From Phallusia mammillata (taxonomy: Eukaryota): 64,000 nucleotides of DNA. A program made the translations under genes and the position numbers. Under the pieces are notes generated by a model. That model had not been told where the DNA came from. It saw only the letters and a list, made by a program, of their open reading frames with translations, and did not search any database. Position 1 is the stretch's first letter, and every line of letters starts with the position of its first letter. Shown here in pieces: positions 1-11,500 of the stretch. The DNA lies in contig OZ281499.1 of NCBI GenBank assembly GCA_965637545.1, positions 9,858,001 to 9,922,000 on the forward strand, given 5' to 3'.

Positions 1-9
1 CAGCAATAC

Positions 10-3000
10 CTGTGCTTGAACTTATAGGAGCGCTGTGACATTTCTGTATGTAAGTAAAGTGAAGTTTTTTTGAAAAATTATTAATTCTCAACATACTTAC
101 AATAAGAGGTGGTTTTGTTGTCTTGTCTGGAGTTTGACTTGAGAATTCACTGAAACAAAATAAAAATGTCATTTGGCCGAAGACAACTGTTCAGTGTTCG
201 GAAATAAAAACGTTTTCCGTTGCGTAAAACCCTTTTCTTATGCTATTGAACACACGGATACAGTTGTCAGGATCAATATGTTGCCGTTAGTTGCAAAGCA
301 TTTATTTTATTCAGGCGTCAATCTAGCCAACAGTAGAAGGTCGTAATCCAATCGTCAAACCATTGTTGGTTAGCAGAAACAAACACGTCATTAAATTGAA
401 CATATTTGCATCTGTACTATGGACGTAAAATCGGTAGAGCTACTAACACCATAACGCAAATGACAACCAAAAGTCGATTGGTTATATCTCTAAAAATGCT
501 CACGGTTAGGGCTATTAGGGTCGGGGTACCCCGGGTAATGTATTAGCACTTAAAATTCAATAAAACTAACCCAAAAAATTAGTTACTAATGTAAAAAATT
601 TAAAAACTTATTTCCCAACCCAACCCGTTTATAGCCGCTAAATAAAAAATTCAGCTCTTTACGCCCCCTAATTTCCCAAGGTTGTCATTTGCGTTATGGT
701 GTTAGTAGCTCTACCCAAAAAATCAACGCCATGATAAAAAAGTTTTCTATGGCACACTGTCACTTTTATGACGCAAGTAGTGTCCAAAAGCACATCAGCG
801 TACAATACCCTAGGCCAGGGGTGGGCAACCTGCGGCCCTTGGTTCAAGGTTGTGCGGCCCGCGGAGACGCTTGAATTTGAAATGTACTGACAAACGAGTC
901 TAACTATTATACATTTTTGAGCAGATTAATGCACCGATGCTATTTTTTTGCGACCTGGCAATATGTTGCTAGAATCAAATGCGAATTTTACTACTAGTTA
1001 TGTATATTTGGTAAGCAACAAAGTAAAATCACCTTGTGTTATACACCGTGTGCGACCCGCGAGCTAATTTTGGCTTTTGTTTTTGGCCCCACAGTAACAA
1101 AGGTTGCCCACCCCTTCCCTAGGCCATAACAGAATCAACCGGTATATACAATGTTGCCACATAATTTATATTTTTTTAATTTAATTTTATAAAAGGTTTT
1201 GACTTATTCTGTTTCTACAAACGTATGCGCTCTATTCAAATAGAATTGCAAGTATTATGCCTCAACAATATAATCAATGCAATTTTGTCTTTCAAAATTT
1301 ATTTACACAAGCATATACCTCGTTGCTGATGGACTTCTTTCATCGACGAACAGATCTTAAAAAATACACGTGCAATGTTATTTGTAAAGTTGTGCTTACA
1401 CAAAAAACTTCCTGAACCAATATGCGCTCAATACAGACAAAAATACTGGTTTTAATGTACTGAATGCTGTAGTTTAGTATGCAATGATATTTGATAACAG
1501 CTAGGTTTAAGAAGCTGCATAGCCTACCGTTTGGATTGGTTCTGTCGCGAAGTGGAATTGGCGGAGGAAGACTGCTCTCATTTTGTTTCGGGATAGGAAC
1601 CGAATCCAGTCTTTGCCTAAGAAATGTGTAACGTTAAGTTAAGCCAGTCATGTGTTTGCAAGTTTGTTATTTGAAGAGTAACATTTAAGGTAGAAAAATA
1701 AACAAAAGCAAGTAGCTACAAAAGATTATACAAAACAATGTAATCAGCATAACTAATTGCAGCCATTTTGCAGCAATTGTTGAAAATACGCAAGTACTTA
1801 CAGTAGCGGTATGAACTCTGATCTGTAAGCAGGTACTAAAAACAAACAAAAAAGAGGAATGCTTTGACTAAATATGAACTGTTACACACAGAACTAATGA
1901 CAAAAAGCTACAGAACCTATCGTTGTTAGGTATATGACAACGCGTTTAGACTCCAGTTAACGACTTTCAGCGAATATCGTTGACATTTGATCAATTTTAA
2001 CCGCAATTGATGCAGTATTGTTTGTGGTTTAAAAAACGGAAAAGGTGGGTTAATTGCATTTAATCTCATTATGTTTGAAAATACACTCCAAAAGTAATCT
2101 CTCGTAACTTACCAGCTCTAGTAAATCATTAATTTTGTTTCGGACATTAACTTGTTTTGTGACAAGTAGACATGACATGTTGGCGCACTTAGCACAGATT
2201 TAAGTGGTCATTTCTGTGGATCCCCGCGACATAGTTAACATGTAGATATTTACCATATGTTTTCAGTCAACTATACACTTAAAAATATTTGAAATATTTC
2301 AGTAACAAATTTGTACTGTTTACCTGCCCTCGAACTTCCAGGAGCACTTCTCGAGTTCTGCAAAAACATTTTAACGTTTTAAATTAATCTGTCAAAACTG
2401 GGACATGTGAATTGACAAACCAACCTTGCAAGTTTATTTTATTTTTGTTCCTGTCTTATTATTTAGCATTAAGTTCTATTTTAGGATTTCACTTAACCCA
2501 CGTTTTTTTAGACTACCCCTTGCTACTTCAGCCATATGGAGGACTGCTTTGACATACTTTACCTATTTTGATCTGTTTATTTTTATTACCTTGGAATCAA
2601 ACTTACTGTCAATGGTCGCTTTAATCTTGGAGGGGTTTTTGGTCTGACTCCACCACCAAACGTCCTACAAAAGACACGATTAATATAGTAAACAAGAAAA
2701 CTAAAATTGGTCGTTATAACGTCATTAGCTATTTGATCACGTCATACAAAAACGCAAATGTTTATTTTAGGGAATTGTACGTAGAACAACTTGGAACTAA
2801 CAATTATCATAAAAAACACAAATACACTGCAATTTTACAAACCAATAGAAACAAAATGACAACATTTTGTAGGTGATAACGTCATCGAAAAAAATGTCTT
2901 TAATCTGTAAATTTTTTTATACCTAACAACTTTTCCAAAGAAAGTTTCTGCCTATCTTTTACCGATTTTGATTATTTAACATTAAAACGCAAGATCATGT

Positions 3001-6000
3001 CTAAACGCAAATTTGTATCTAAACAAATTCAGCAGTCAAAGGGGTACCCCAAAAATGTTGTTTCAATTTTACTCACATGTCGTTGGGAATTTCGACAGCA
3101 TGGTCTGAAATTTAAACAAACATTTATATCATAATGATAAGTTTTTATTTGTGGCAACGCCAAAGTAATCCCACCTGGCCTAGGTGGCAATGGCGGACCG
3201 AAAGATTTGAAATTATTTTTGATTGTACGTGTTCCTTCTTTGTCACTGTAACACATGAAGTTAGATGTTGAAATGCCACACACTCTTCTAATTGAAGAAA
3301 AAACTGAAGCACTTCTCGTTCTTTCTTCGCCGAAACTGCAACCGTGAGAAAAACACTGTTTTCAACAGGGGTATTAAAACTGAAACGTGACTTAATTGTC
3401 CATGGAGCAGAAATCAGTTAGCCAGATAGCTTAAATGACTGGCGATGTCTGGCAAACCAAAAACCTTCAAACCAAAAACAACTATTACCGAATCATGATT
3501 CTAAAGTAATAAAAAAAAACTTACAGTGGTTTTGTAGGAACTTGATTCACGCGCGCAGCACCTAAAAAATGATATCTTCCGAGTATCCATTTGGTTTAAA
3601 TGTGATAGAATAGACCACACCAGATGGTAATTTTTTACTCGATTCTTAAATTCACGTGTCAGTTATTTGGATTAAGAAACGTATTTTGTGTCTTAGGTAC
3701 GCAATTCACGGTTTCAAAGATTCTAACCAGAAACGAACAAGCCAATATATTTGTATCAAGCATGACGTTTCGACATCAACTTGTGTCATTCTCAAATGAA
3801 TAAATCTAAAAACAAGCAGCGCGTAAAAGCAGTAAAAGGGCTTTTTATCGCCGTTATCTTTACGTTTTAAACTGCCTTTCGCGCTAGTGTTTTTTTTGCC
3901 TTTTTTAATGCTTTTTAAACTGGTTTTACGCGCTGTTTGATTTTAGATTTATTCATTTGAGAATGACACAAGTTGATCGAAACGTCATGCTTGATACAAA
4001 TATTTTTTTTTCTGGTTAGTATTTTGTGCCGTTGATGGAAACAGAAGGCTTGCTGGAAGTTTGCCAATACTCTTTAATTTCAACAATATGACTAACCTAA
4101 AAGTTTCCTTCCAATTCGGGCATCAATAAGCGCCAACAACACAACACAATTTTCTTACCTGTTCGTGTCAATGGTCTGTGACTTACGAGGGTAGGGTTTT
4201 GGCGATTCGAAAAAGGTGTTGAAAGCTGTACATTGGGACTTTCTAAACACAAGTATCTTGCGTCAAATATTTTTTTTTAACTTTGCAGTTTTCAAGTTAA
4301 TACTACCTTGCTAAAAAAAAACAGTGCAACAGTTCAACCAAAGAATGCTAATTTGTTAACGTACGAAAAACATTTGCCTTCTTCTAAAAAATGGATGCAT
4401 TTACCTCCTTGATAATTAAGGTCTATGTATGATTCCTCGTCTGAAGACGATGATAGTGGGAGTTTTACTTCGGTCTCACTTTCGTCTTGTTGCATTCGGT
4501 TATAATGCTCCGTTTCGGCTGTGGATAAATAACTTTGTAAAGTTCCACTTAGAAATCTGTAAACTAAACTGTTGTATTCTTATCCACAAAACGCCAAATT
4601 AAAAATTCTTTGAGACTGCCAAAAGAAAGGCCAATTTAATATGAACTAAAAACTCCATGTGGTGTCTCTAGCTTTGACAAACTTACCAAGCCCACGGTTG
4701 AATGCGTGGTTGTACTCATTGCTGTGTTCGAAACGTGTTTCAAGCAAGTAAGGTTCCGAGTCTGAGGACGAACCTAAAATAACCACTAACAATTACTCTA
4801 CAATGTGACTATGTCACTAAGTTAAGAGTTAAGCCACATTATAAGCCTTACCGTTGGACATAAGTAGATTTACAAGTAGCCTACACAACGAGTAAGTTCT
4901 CAGCAAAGTGGAAAACTTGTGCACTAAGTAATAAAATTCGAATGTACTTTTGCTGTGCTGTTTCATTTTTTACTGGAACAGTAATGTTATGTATGTTTAT
5001 CGTATTGAATTTACAGCTCTCTATAAAGTTAAGTCCTGCCAAAATATGTGCAAATGTAAAGACTGTTTTTAGTACCTGATAGACAGGATGAATTTTCTGA
5101 ACATTCATCCTCAGAATCATTATTCGAGCTCACCCAGTTGCCACATGCACCTGGATCTACAAATAAAAAGAGTTCCAACTTATACCGGTATTTAGGTAAT
5201 CTAGACCACAGTTTTATCTATGTTCTTCAACGATGAACTTTCCTTTGTAATCCCCCGTGATAAAGTGGCAATTTAATCTTACTGTTAAAAGCCCCTTTTT
5301 AATTACACAATCTTAAAACCACAATATAGTCTTGTGTAAGCATGATGCACAAACACAAAGAAATACATAGGAATAAAAGTTGTGTCAGTCACGTTAATAT
5401 CCCCACCTCTCCCACTTAAAACCTTGCCATTACTCCAAATTTCGCCCCTAAAGAGTCAGTGATATTTAAGTTAATGGAAACCGTGGAGTACAACAGCCAA
5501 TATTTTCCAATTTTACACATTTTCTTTTGTTTTAGTAACCTGCTTTTTAACAATATTGTCAGTAATCTTGCTTAAAATGTTGAAATCAGACCCGAAATTG
5601 TGGTCCTAACCCGCTAGCAGAAGTCAAAAACTTGGGCCGAAACTGCATTAAAACCACCTGAAAATAGTCCCGAAAGTTAGTTTTGACAAAGCTTAAATTA
5701 CAATAAAAATGTTGTCGAGTGTCAAGTCAGGTTTAAACTATGTCTGTGTTTGTTTAACTTAAGTTCAAACCTGATCCATACCCCAAGCTAACCCGAAAAA
5801 CGGCCCGAATTAGGCCCGAAAGGTAATTTTACCAAGTTCCAGTTACAACACAAATGTGGCGTAACCCGGTTTGATTTACCACACTTGTTTGCATTGTTGC
5901 ACAACGGCTATTTTTACAATGTAATGTTTGCTAACCGAACAACGTTTCGACAGATGGTTGGCGTAAGTCAGCAACTGCTATCGGTTGTATTTGAATAAGG

Positions 6001-7284
6001 TAAATAAAGATTCATTTTTATCTGATCTGTTTTTAACGCTTTAGAGCCAATGGTTATGTGGAATGAACATGATACTATTTTATAAAGTGCGACTTGATCG
6101 TGTTTTCAAAACCCGTTTTGATTGATTTACCTTGTTTGTCAACACACGAATCCAGTGTTGGCCATTGCGCAGACGGAGGCCGCGGAAGCTTCTGTCGTTT
6201 GGGCATCTTGTCAAGAATGCGACCAACGGCTTTGTGCATCGCAAGTTGCTTTTGTTGCTCAACCAAATCAAGCAGTTGGATTTTTACATTGACCATTGCC
6301 GGTCGTTTTGATGCTGGCCCACTCCAACAACTTTCCACTATTTCTTGTAGTGTTATGATTGGAGAACGAGACACAGTCAGAGTTGGACGTTGTCCATTTA
6401 ATATTTCACTAAAGAGTGCCCCGTGCATCGCATTCTGGTATGGAAGTCTACGTTCCAACATAACATACAAAGTCATCCCATAGCTGTAAACGTCTTCCTC
6501 TTTTCTCATTGCAACGTGGGGATCCAAGAGTCTTTCAGGGGCTGCATACATGAATTTTACTTTGGTGCACTTGTTTTCCAACTCTGTGCTACCTAACCCT
6601 GTGCAATCGATGATCAATGCGCTGCCGAAAGTACCAATTTTACATCTTAAGTCGTCTGTCAAGAGAATGTTGTCTGGTTTCAAATCACAATGAGTCAGAC
6701 GTTTGTAGTCGGTAAAGTTATGCAGATGGGAAAGTCCATCGGCGATATCATAGGCCATACGAAGCAGCAAAATGTCCTTTATCTCAGTCGTGCGATCCAG
6801 CAGGAGACTTTTTAGGGTGCCGCGCGGCATGTGCTCCATTAAAATTCCGAACCCAGAATCCCATTTTGAAGCTCCATAAACACGAATAATTCTTTCGTGG
6901 CTGGCTTGTTGCAGGATGTCAATCTCTGTAAGAGCTCTAAAGCAAACACTGTCATGGTTATTATAAACAACAAACACAAAGATCAGGATGGATTTAGAAA
7001 GAGCACCCACTATTTCGTTTAAAATGACTGCGAAACACAAGCCTACACTAATGTACTTTCCACATTAATGAACGTAAATAAATCGTTTACATTATGTTTG
7101 ACAAAACTTACTCGTTTTCCTGTTGTTTCTGGTGTACATCTCCTTGGATGGAAACGCACTTGACTGCAATGTAATCGAGTGATTCATGATGACACAGTCT
7201 GCCGATACCAGATGACCCTGACCCCTGTTGACCCCTTCCACTCAAAGGAACACAACGAATGCTTGATGCTTCATAGTATTTTGC
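10..7284 (-). CDS. RIPK-like Ser/Thr pseudokinase with long acidic/Pro-rich tail (gene C). The first coding exon was not located and the gene runs off the left edge.
   Basis: Exon 7284-7112 encodes GSGSSG and IAVK. Exon 6936-6131 encodes HCDLKPDN, KIGTFGS (DFG>TFG), YAAPE, DVYSYG and CW..PAxRP. Phase-compatible downstream exons: 5156-5076, 4773-4687, 4563-4405, 4242-4159, 3561-3525. Further plausible exons lie near 3335-3170, 2664-2607, 2357-2324, 1617-1529 (LPPPIPLR), 149-101 and 43-10; that distal chain is less certain. The two kinase exons have the same boundaries and phases as gene B. Confidence 0.85.
433..715. mobile_element. MITE with perfect 36-bp terminal inverted repeats
   Basis: GGTAGAGCTACTAACACCATAACGCAAATGACAACC at 433-468 has its exact reverse complement at 680-715. 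The flanks CGTAAAATC / CAAAAAATC match 7/9, a possible decayed 9-bp TSD. Confidence 0.8.
816..1116. mobile_element. hAT (Charlie/Buster-type) MITE
   Basis: TIRs CAGGGGTGGGCAACC / GGTTGCCCACCCCTT; perfect 8-bp TSD CCCTAGGC at 808-815 and 1117-1124. Confidence 0.9.
3761..3798 (-). ncRNA. Minimal type I hammerhead ribozyme motif, U3-A8 core variant
   Basis: The minus strand reads CAT-UUGAGAA-U-GACA-CAAGUUGA-UGUC-GAAA-CGUC-AUG: 3-bp stem I (CAU/AUG), 4-bp stem II, palindromic ACGU stem III, GUC cleavage triplet. Confidence 0.65.
3954..3989 (+). ncRNA. Hammerhead motif, second arm of the foldback, with stem II damaged by a 2-nt deletion
   Basis: CAT-TTGAGAA-T-GACACAAGTTGATC-GAAA-CGTC-ATG; identical to the left-arm motif except for the 2-nt loss in stem II. 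Confidence 0.5.
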
Positions 7285-7709
7285 CTGAAACCAAAAAGTA
7301 ATAATTAGTAAGAATATACTTGATAATAATTCGTGTCGTGACTTTAGGTCTGAGTTATATCCTGGCTAAAAACATCAACTGGAGCCCTTTTTACTCTTAG
7401 TAAGACTGATGTTGCAACTTACCACTAACATTTGCGACATAATAGATGCCTAAAGCTTGTCGGTGGCAAATCTTTTCCGAACGCTATAATACGGGCAGTC
7501 AAACTGACGAAGACAATAACGGAAAATACCTTTGCGTTGCAATGATATTGCCTAAAAATTCCTAGCTATTCGTTACTGATTAATCCTACAGGGGAACCAG
7601 ACAGAAAAAAATCCCCATCAAATCGCCCCAATTCTACAGGGGAACCAGACAGAAAATACGTTTTTTAAGAAACACCGTAACGGCCTTGTTTTCACGGGGT
7701 TTAAACCCA

Positions 7710-7719
7710 GGAAACTCCC
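7710..7719 (-). promoter_or_regulatory. Candidate NF-kappaB site in the divergent intergenic region between genes C and A
   Basis: GGGAGTTTCC on the minus strand matches GGGRNNYYCC. A single 10-mer could occur by chance. Confidence 0.25.
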
Positions 7720-8535
7720 TGGGACGAAAATGTATGTCTGTATATGCGTCAGCCCCGCAAACTTTTGGTGATGCTAAAAATGTGATAAATGGCTCTTGTT
7801 TCAACATGCAGAATTTAATGACACCAAAAACCAAACCAAATATTTCAAAAAAATACTAAATTTGAACAAAATAAATTTTTCGTTGCCATGGTTGGGCCTG
7901 GACCATATATAGTACGTATTCATTTTTATTCGTGATTTTTATAATCTTATAAAGTAAGGAGAAACGGACACACAACAACTCTGGGAATGCAAGTTGCGCT
8001 ATTAAGTCAAATATAACTGTGGGACTTTACGCTCTTTTGTGAGGTGAACCTGTTGAACTTGTAATGATGCTTCACTTGTTCCGAAGTGGCTCTTTTAGCT
8101 TTATTAGCAAATAGTAAAACTGGTATTTGAAAGGGCAAAACTAAATATCCGATGATGTGAATGACATAGTTTTTGTTGTCATAATTTTTTGTTGTTAATT
8201 TTTGTCGTTTTGTTGTTTACATTGTATTGAAACACTAACAACGCTCGTGTTACGAGAAATATAATTCCTATAGAACTTAAGTCTTAAGACAAGCATATAA
8301 GGTGTGTATGAATAAACCGCGCAAGTAAAACATTAAAAAAGGAAGAATATATCGACTTTAATAAACAAGTAACTTAGCCTAAGCAATCCTCACATGTTTA
8401 CAAAACACAATTCTGTGGAAGAAGGTTCTTTTGGCAAGCGAAGGCTGGGTTTTATGGTTGTGTGCACGAGAGATTTAATAACTTGGAACGATATAATGGT
8501 GGTGGCGTTTGAGCTCTATGGAAGTTCTGCAAAAC

Positions 8536-11500
8536 ATGACTGAAGTAAGTTTGTTTGGTAAATAGTTCTGATTACAAATTAATCAGATTTTACTGATTGT
8601 CAGTATCAGGTTAGCATACTATTGGCTACAAATATGTATATAACCAGAAATACCATTTAAACGTTACTGAATTAAACTTATGTTTGTGTAGTAAATAGTG
8701 GAAAGTCGTTTCTCTTACCAAAACGGTGTAATCTTCCTTTTAGCCCGGATTAGGCCTAAGTACCAACTTTACTTATGGTTTGGACTCGCCAACAATCGAT
8801 AAGTGTTTACTTAACGAAGCTGCACCTCCTACTGGTAAGAGTTTTCAGGGCACATTGGTGTTACAAACGTGGTTTATGCCATGAACAGTGTAAAACTTCA
8901 GTTGAATTGGTATATAACTGATGTTGATTGAGACCCTTGATTGAAATGTTGATTGAAAACAAAACGGTCTTTTTCTCATATGTAGGACTCACTTATAGCA
9001 AAACTGATTGATGTAGTGTCTTGTCATTTGAGGGTTGTTTTTAGCCGTAATTTGATATTCAACAAATGTGTAGTTCGAGTCGACACCAATCAAATTAATT
9101 TCTATTTGTTTTACTTTCCAGAACAAGTAACTAATGAAGATACTGACAGCGATTCAGACCTCTCCTTTGTATCCGCGTGTTCTCATTTTTCTTCGGGTCG
9201 GTACTTTTATCACTGCTTAGCAAAATGAGTATCATCATTAACACTTGCTTGTTATAACTTAGATGACGGTATAAGCCCATGTGTTGAATCGTGGAGGTTG
9301 AACGATCTAGAAGAAAAAACAGAACCTCTTTCAATTGGTAAGTGTAGTAATAACAAGTATTAGTTTCGGTAGAACGCCTCCAATGGGCCTGGCGTACTAT
9401 GATTTACGTATGAGTGTGTCGTGATTTGTTGCACCTATAACGTATTCAAAATGTTTATCTTTTTATTAAAAAGCACAATGCAAAATCTAGCCTGCACACA
9501 ATTTTTAGACCCTTTTTAGTCATTGGATAACACCTAACTTTTAATCGCTTTTTTCTACTTTATTACCCCAATTGTATTTTGGCGTTAACTTTGTTTGTTA
9601 ATAGGATGAAGATAGATATAATGGATTTTAGTCTGCTATAGTGTGATCGTAAACACGATCGCTGACAATTTTTTTGATCGATGTTTGATTTCAAAAATAG
9701 TTATGGTTTTTAGAAGGTATCAAACTATCTCGTGATCGTCAACCATCATATGTGGACTTTAACGACCAAGGATACGAAGAAAACAACAGTTCCTTTCCGA
9801 ACGGTAACTTGCGTTTTTATTGACATAAACCTTAATAAACTGACTTTGAGTGGAGTTTATTTCACGACATCATTGCACTGAACAATTTAGTGACATTTAG
9901 TATTTCATTTTTGGCCCAAATTTTTTTGCACACAGGAAAAATTAAGTTTAAAAACCTGTTTTGCGTTCTCAGAATATGAAATACCAATTAAACAGCCCTA
10001 CCAGGGATCTACAACAGATGAAACCACTGCAAGAGGTGCGAACATCAAGTATTACATTTCGGTTTCTAAGGTTTTACTTTCGTAATGTGTTGATCACCAT
10101 TGACTCTTAATGTTGGGGCAAGTTTTACTGGCAAGGATAAAGGGTGACATTTTATGAGGTTAAACTGTTTCTTTTTTCTCATTTTTCTACATAGTGAAAC
10201 AGTTATATAAAGCAGTGGTCGGCAACCGCAGGTCCGCAAAAAGTTCGTTATCGGGACGTATAGTTTTCAGGTTAAATAACTTACTTTGCAACATTTCCCG
10301 TGCAAGTTTGTTTAAAAATTATCCATCAGTTAGAGAAATAAATGTAGTCACCAATTTTATGGCTTGGAAATCTATTAAGTGTTCATCTGTTTCAGACAGC
10401 AATTTGGACGATTGCAGCGAATTCGATACAGATGAAGAGGAATATTTTGAACGAGTGTCTGCCTCAACATACAACGTACCACCACATGAAATCCAACAAG
10501 GTCGGGACAGACTATAACGAACTATGCTCTTGTTCAAATTTGTAAAAAAATGCAGGAGAGATTTGAGCACATAATGGACGGTGTTTGCTTTTCTATAAAG
10601 TTTATGGCCCCGTGAGCTGTTTCAAAAAGGATGATGACTTTAAACATTCCATCGTCGGTCACACATTTGGGCGTTTCGATCGTTAACTCAAAATATTTTT
10701 TTCTTACCTTGTCGTACAGCCAACAAATCGTATTTGCTTTTAAGTTGCAATGCAACACGTGTAATTGAGTGCAGCATACGTTAGGTAGGTATAACTTTAG
10801 GACACCTGGAATAAACGATTGTGTGTATGTCGGTTTAATTACCCAATTAAGTACACAGAAAAAAACATATTTGAAATATCTATAAAGTAATAAATCATTT
10901 GAACTTAGAGATGAAACCTTCAAGACCTTATTTAGTATGCATTGGGGTATTTGCAAAAGCAAGACAATTAGATTTCTGTGAGACATGTCGGGCAAAAAGA
11001 TTGGATCTCAAAGGGTCAAGCAAAATAACTTATATCAATTCCCAGCAAGTTCTAACTTATTGCTCCACACAGAACAAGAAAACCGCCACACAGATGGTCA
11101 CGTCTATGACGTTGTGAACGATCATTTCGGCCAATACGGACTTGTTCCAGACCATGTTAGGCACAAAGCCGCAATGTTTAAAGGTGAGTGTTTTAGTAAC
11201 CTGAAAATACCCAAACTGTAATAGACTATGTTACATTTCAGGCATGAAAACAATAAGCAATTTTCATACAATTTCCACTCAGTTTTTTCATCAGCCAAAC
11301 GAAAAGCACTAAAAAGTTATTTCAATGTGTGACGGGAGATTTTGTACTAAGAAAGCGCTTTAATAACCGTTATTGCAGACTTATCATGTTATGTGTCGCA
11401 GGTCGTCCAGAAGTTCCTCCACGAACAAATCGTCCAAAGCTACCGATCCCACAGTAAGTGATTTTACTAACATTAAAACAACTTCTATTTTGCTATTGAT

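Larger units (their letters stand above)
3747..4003. repeat. Foldback with about 85-bp arms, probably inverted Penelope-like element termini
   Basis: 3747-3832 is the near-perfect reverse complement of 3920-4003. Each arm carries a hammerhead-type motif. Confidence 0.8.

Noticed and set aside
6094-6483. Plus-strand 129-aa ORF, and similar antisense ORFs at 16281-16586, 22723-23154, 43672-43953, 48729-49100, 53652-53846 and 58555-58770
   Set aside because: These are shadows on the opposite strand or frame of real coding exons, with no independent motifs.
7586-7656. 23-bp direct repeat CTACAGGGGAACCAGACAGAAAA occurring twice
   Set aside because: Only two units; most likely a local duplication or MITE end. 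It is not a CRISPR-like array (eukaryotic context, no spacer series).
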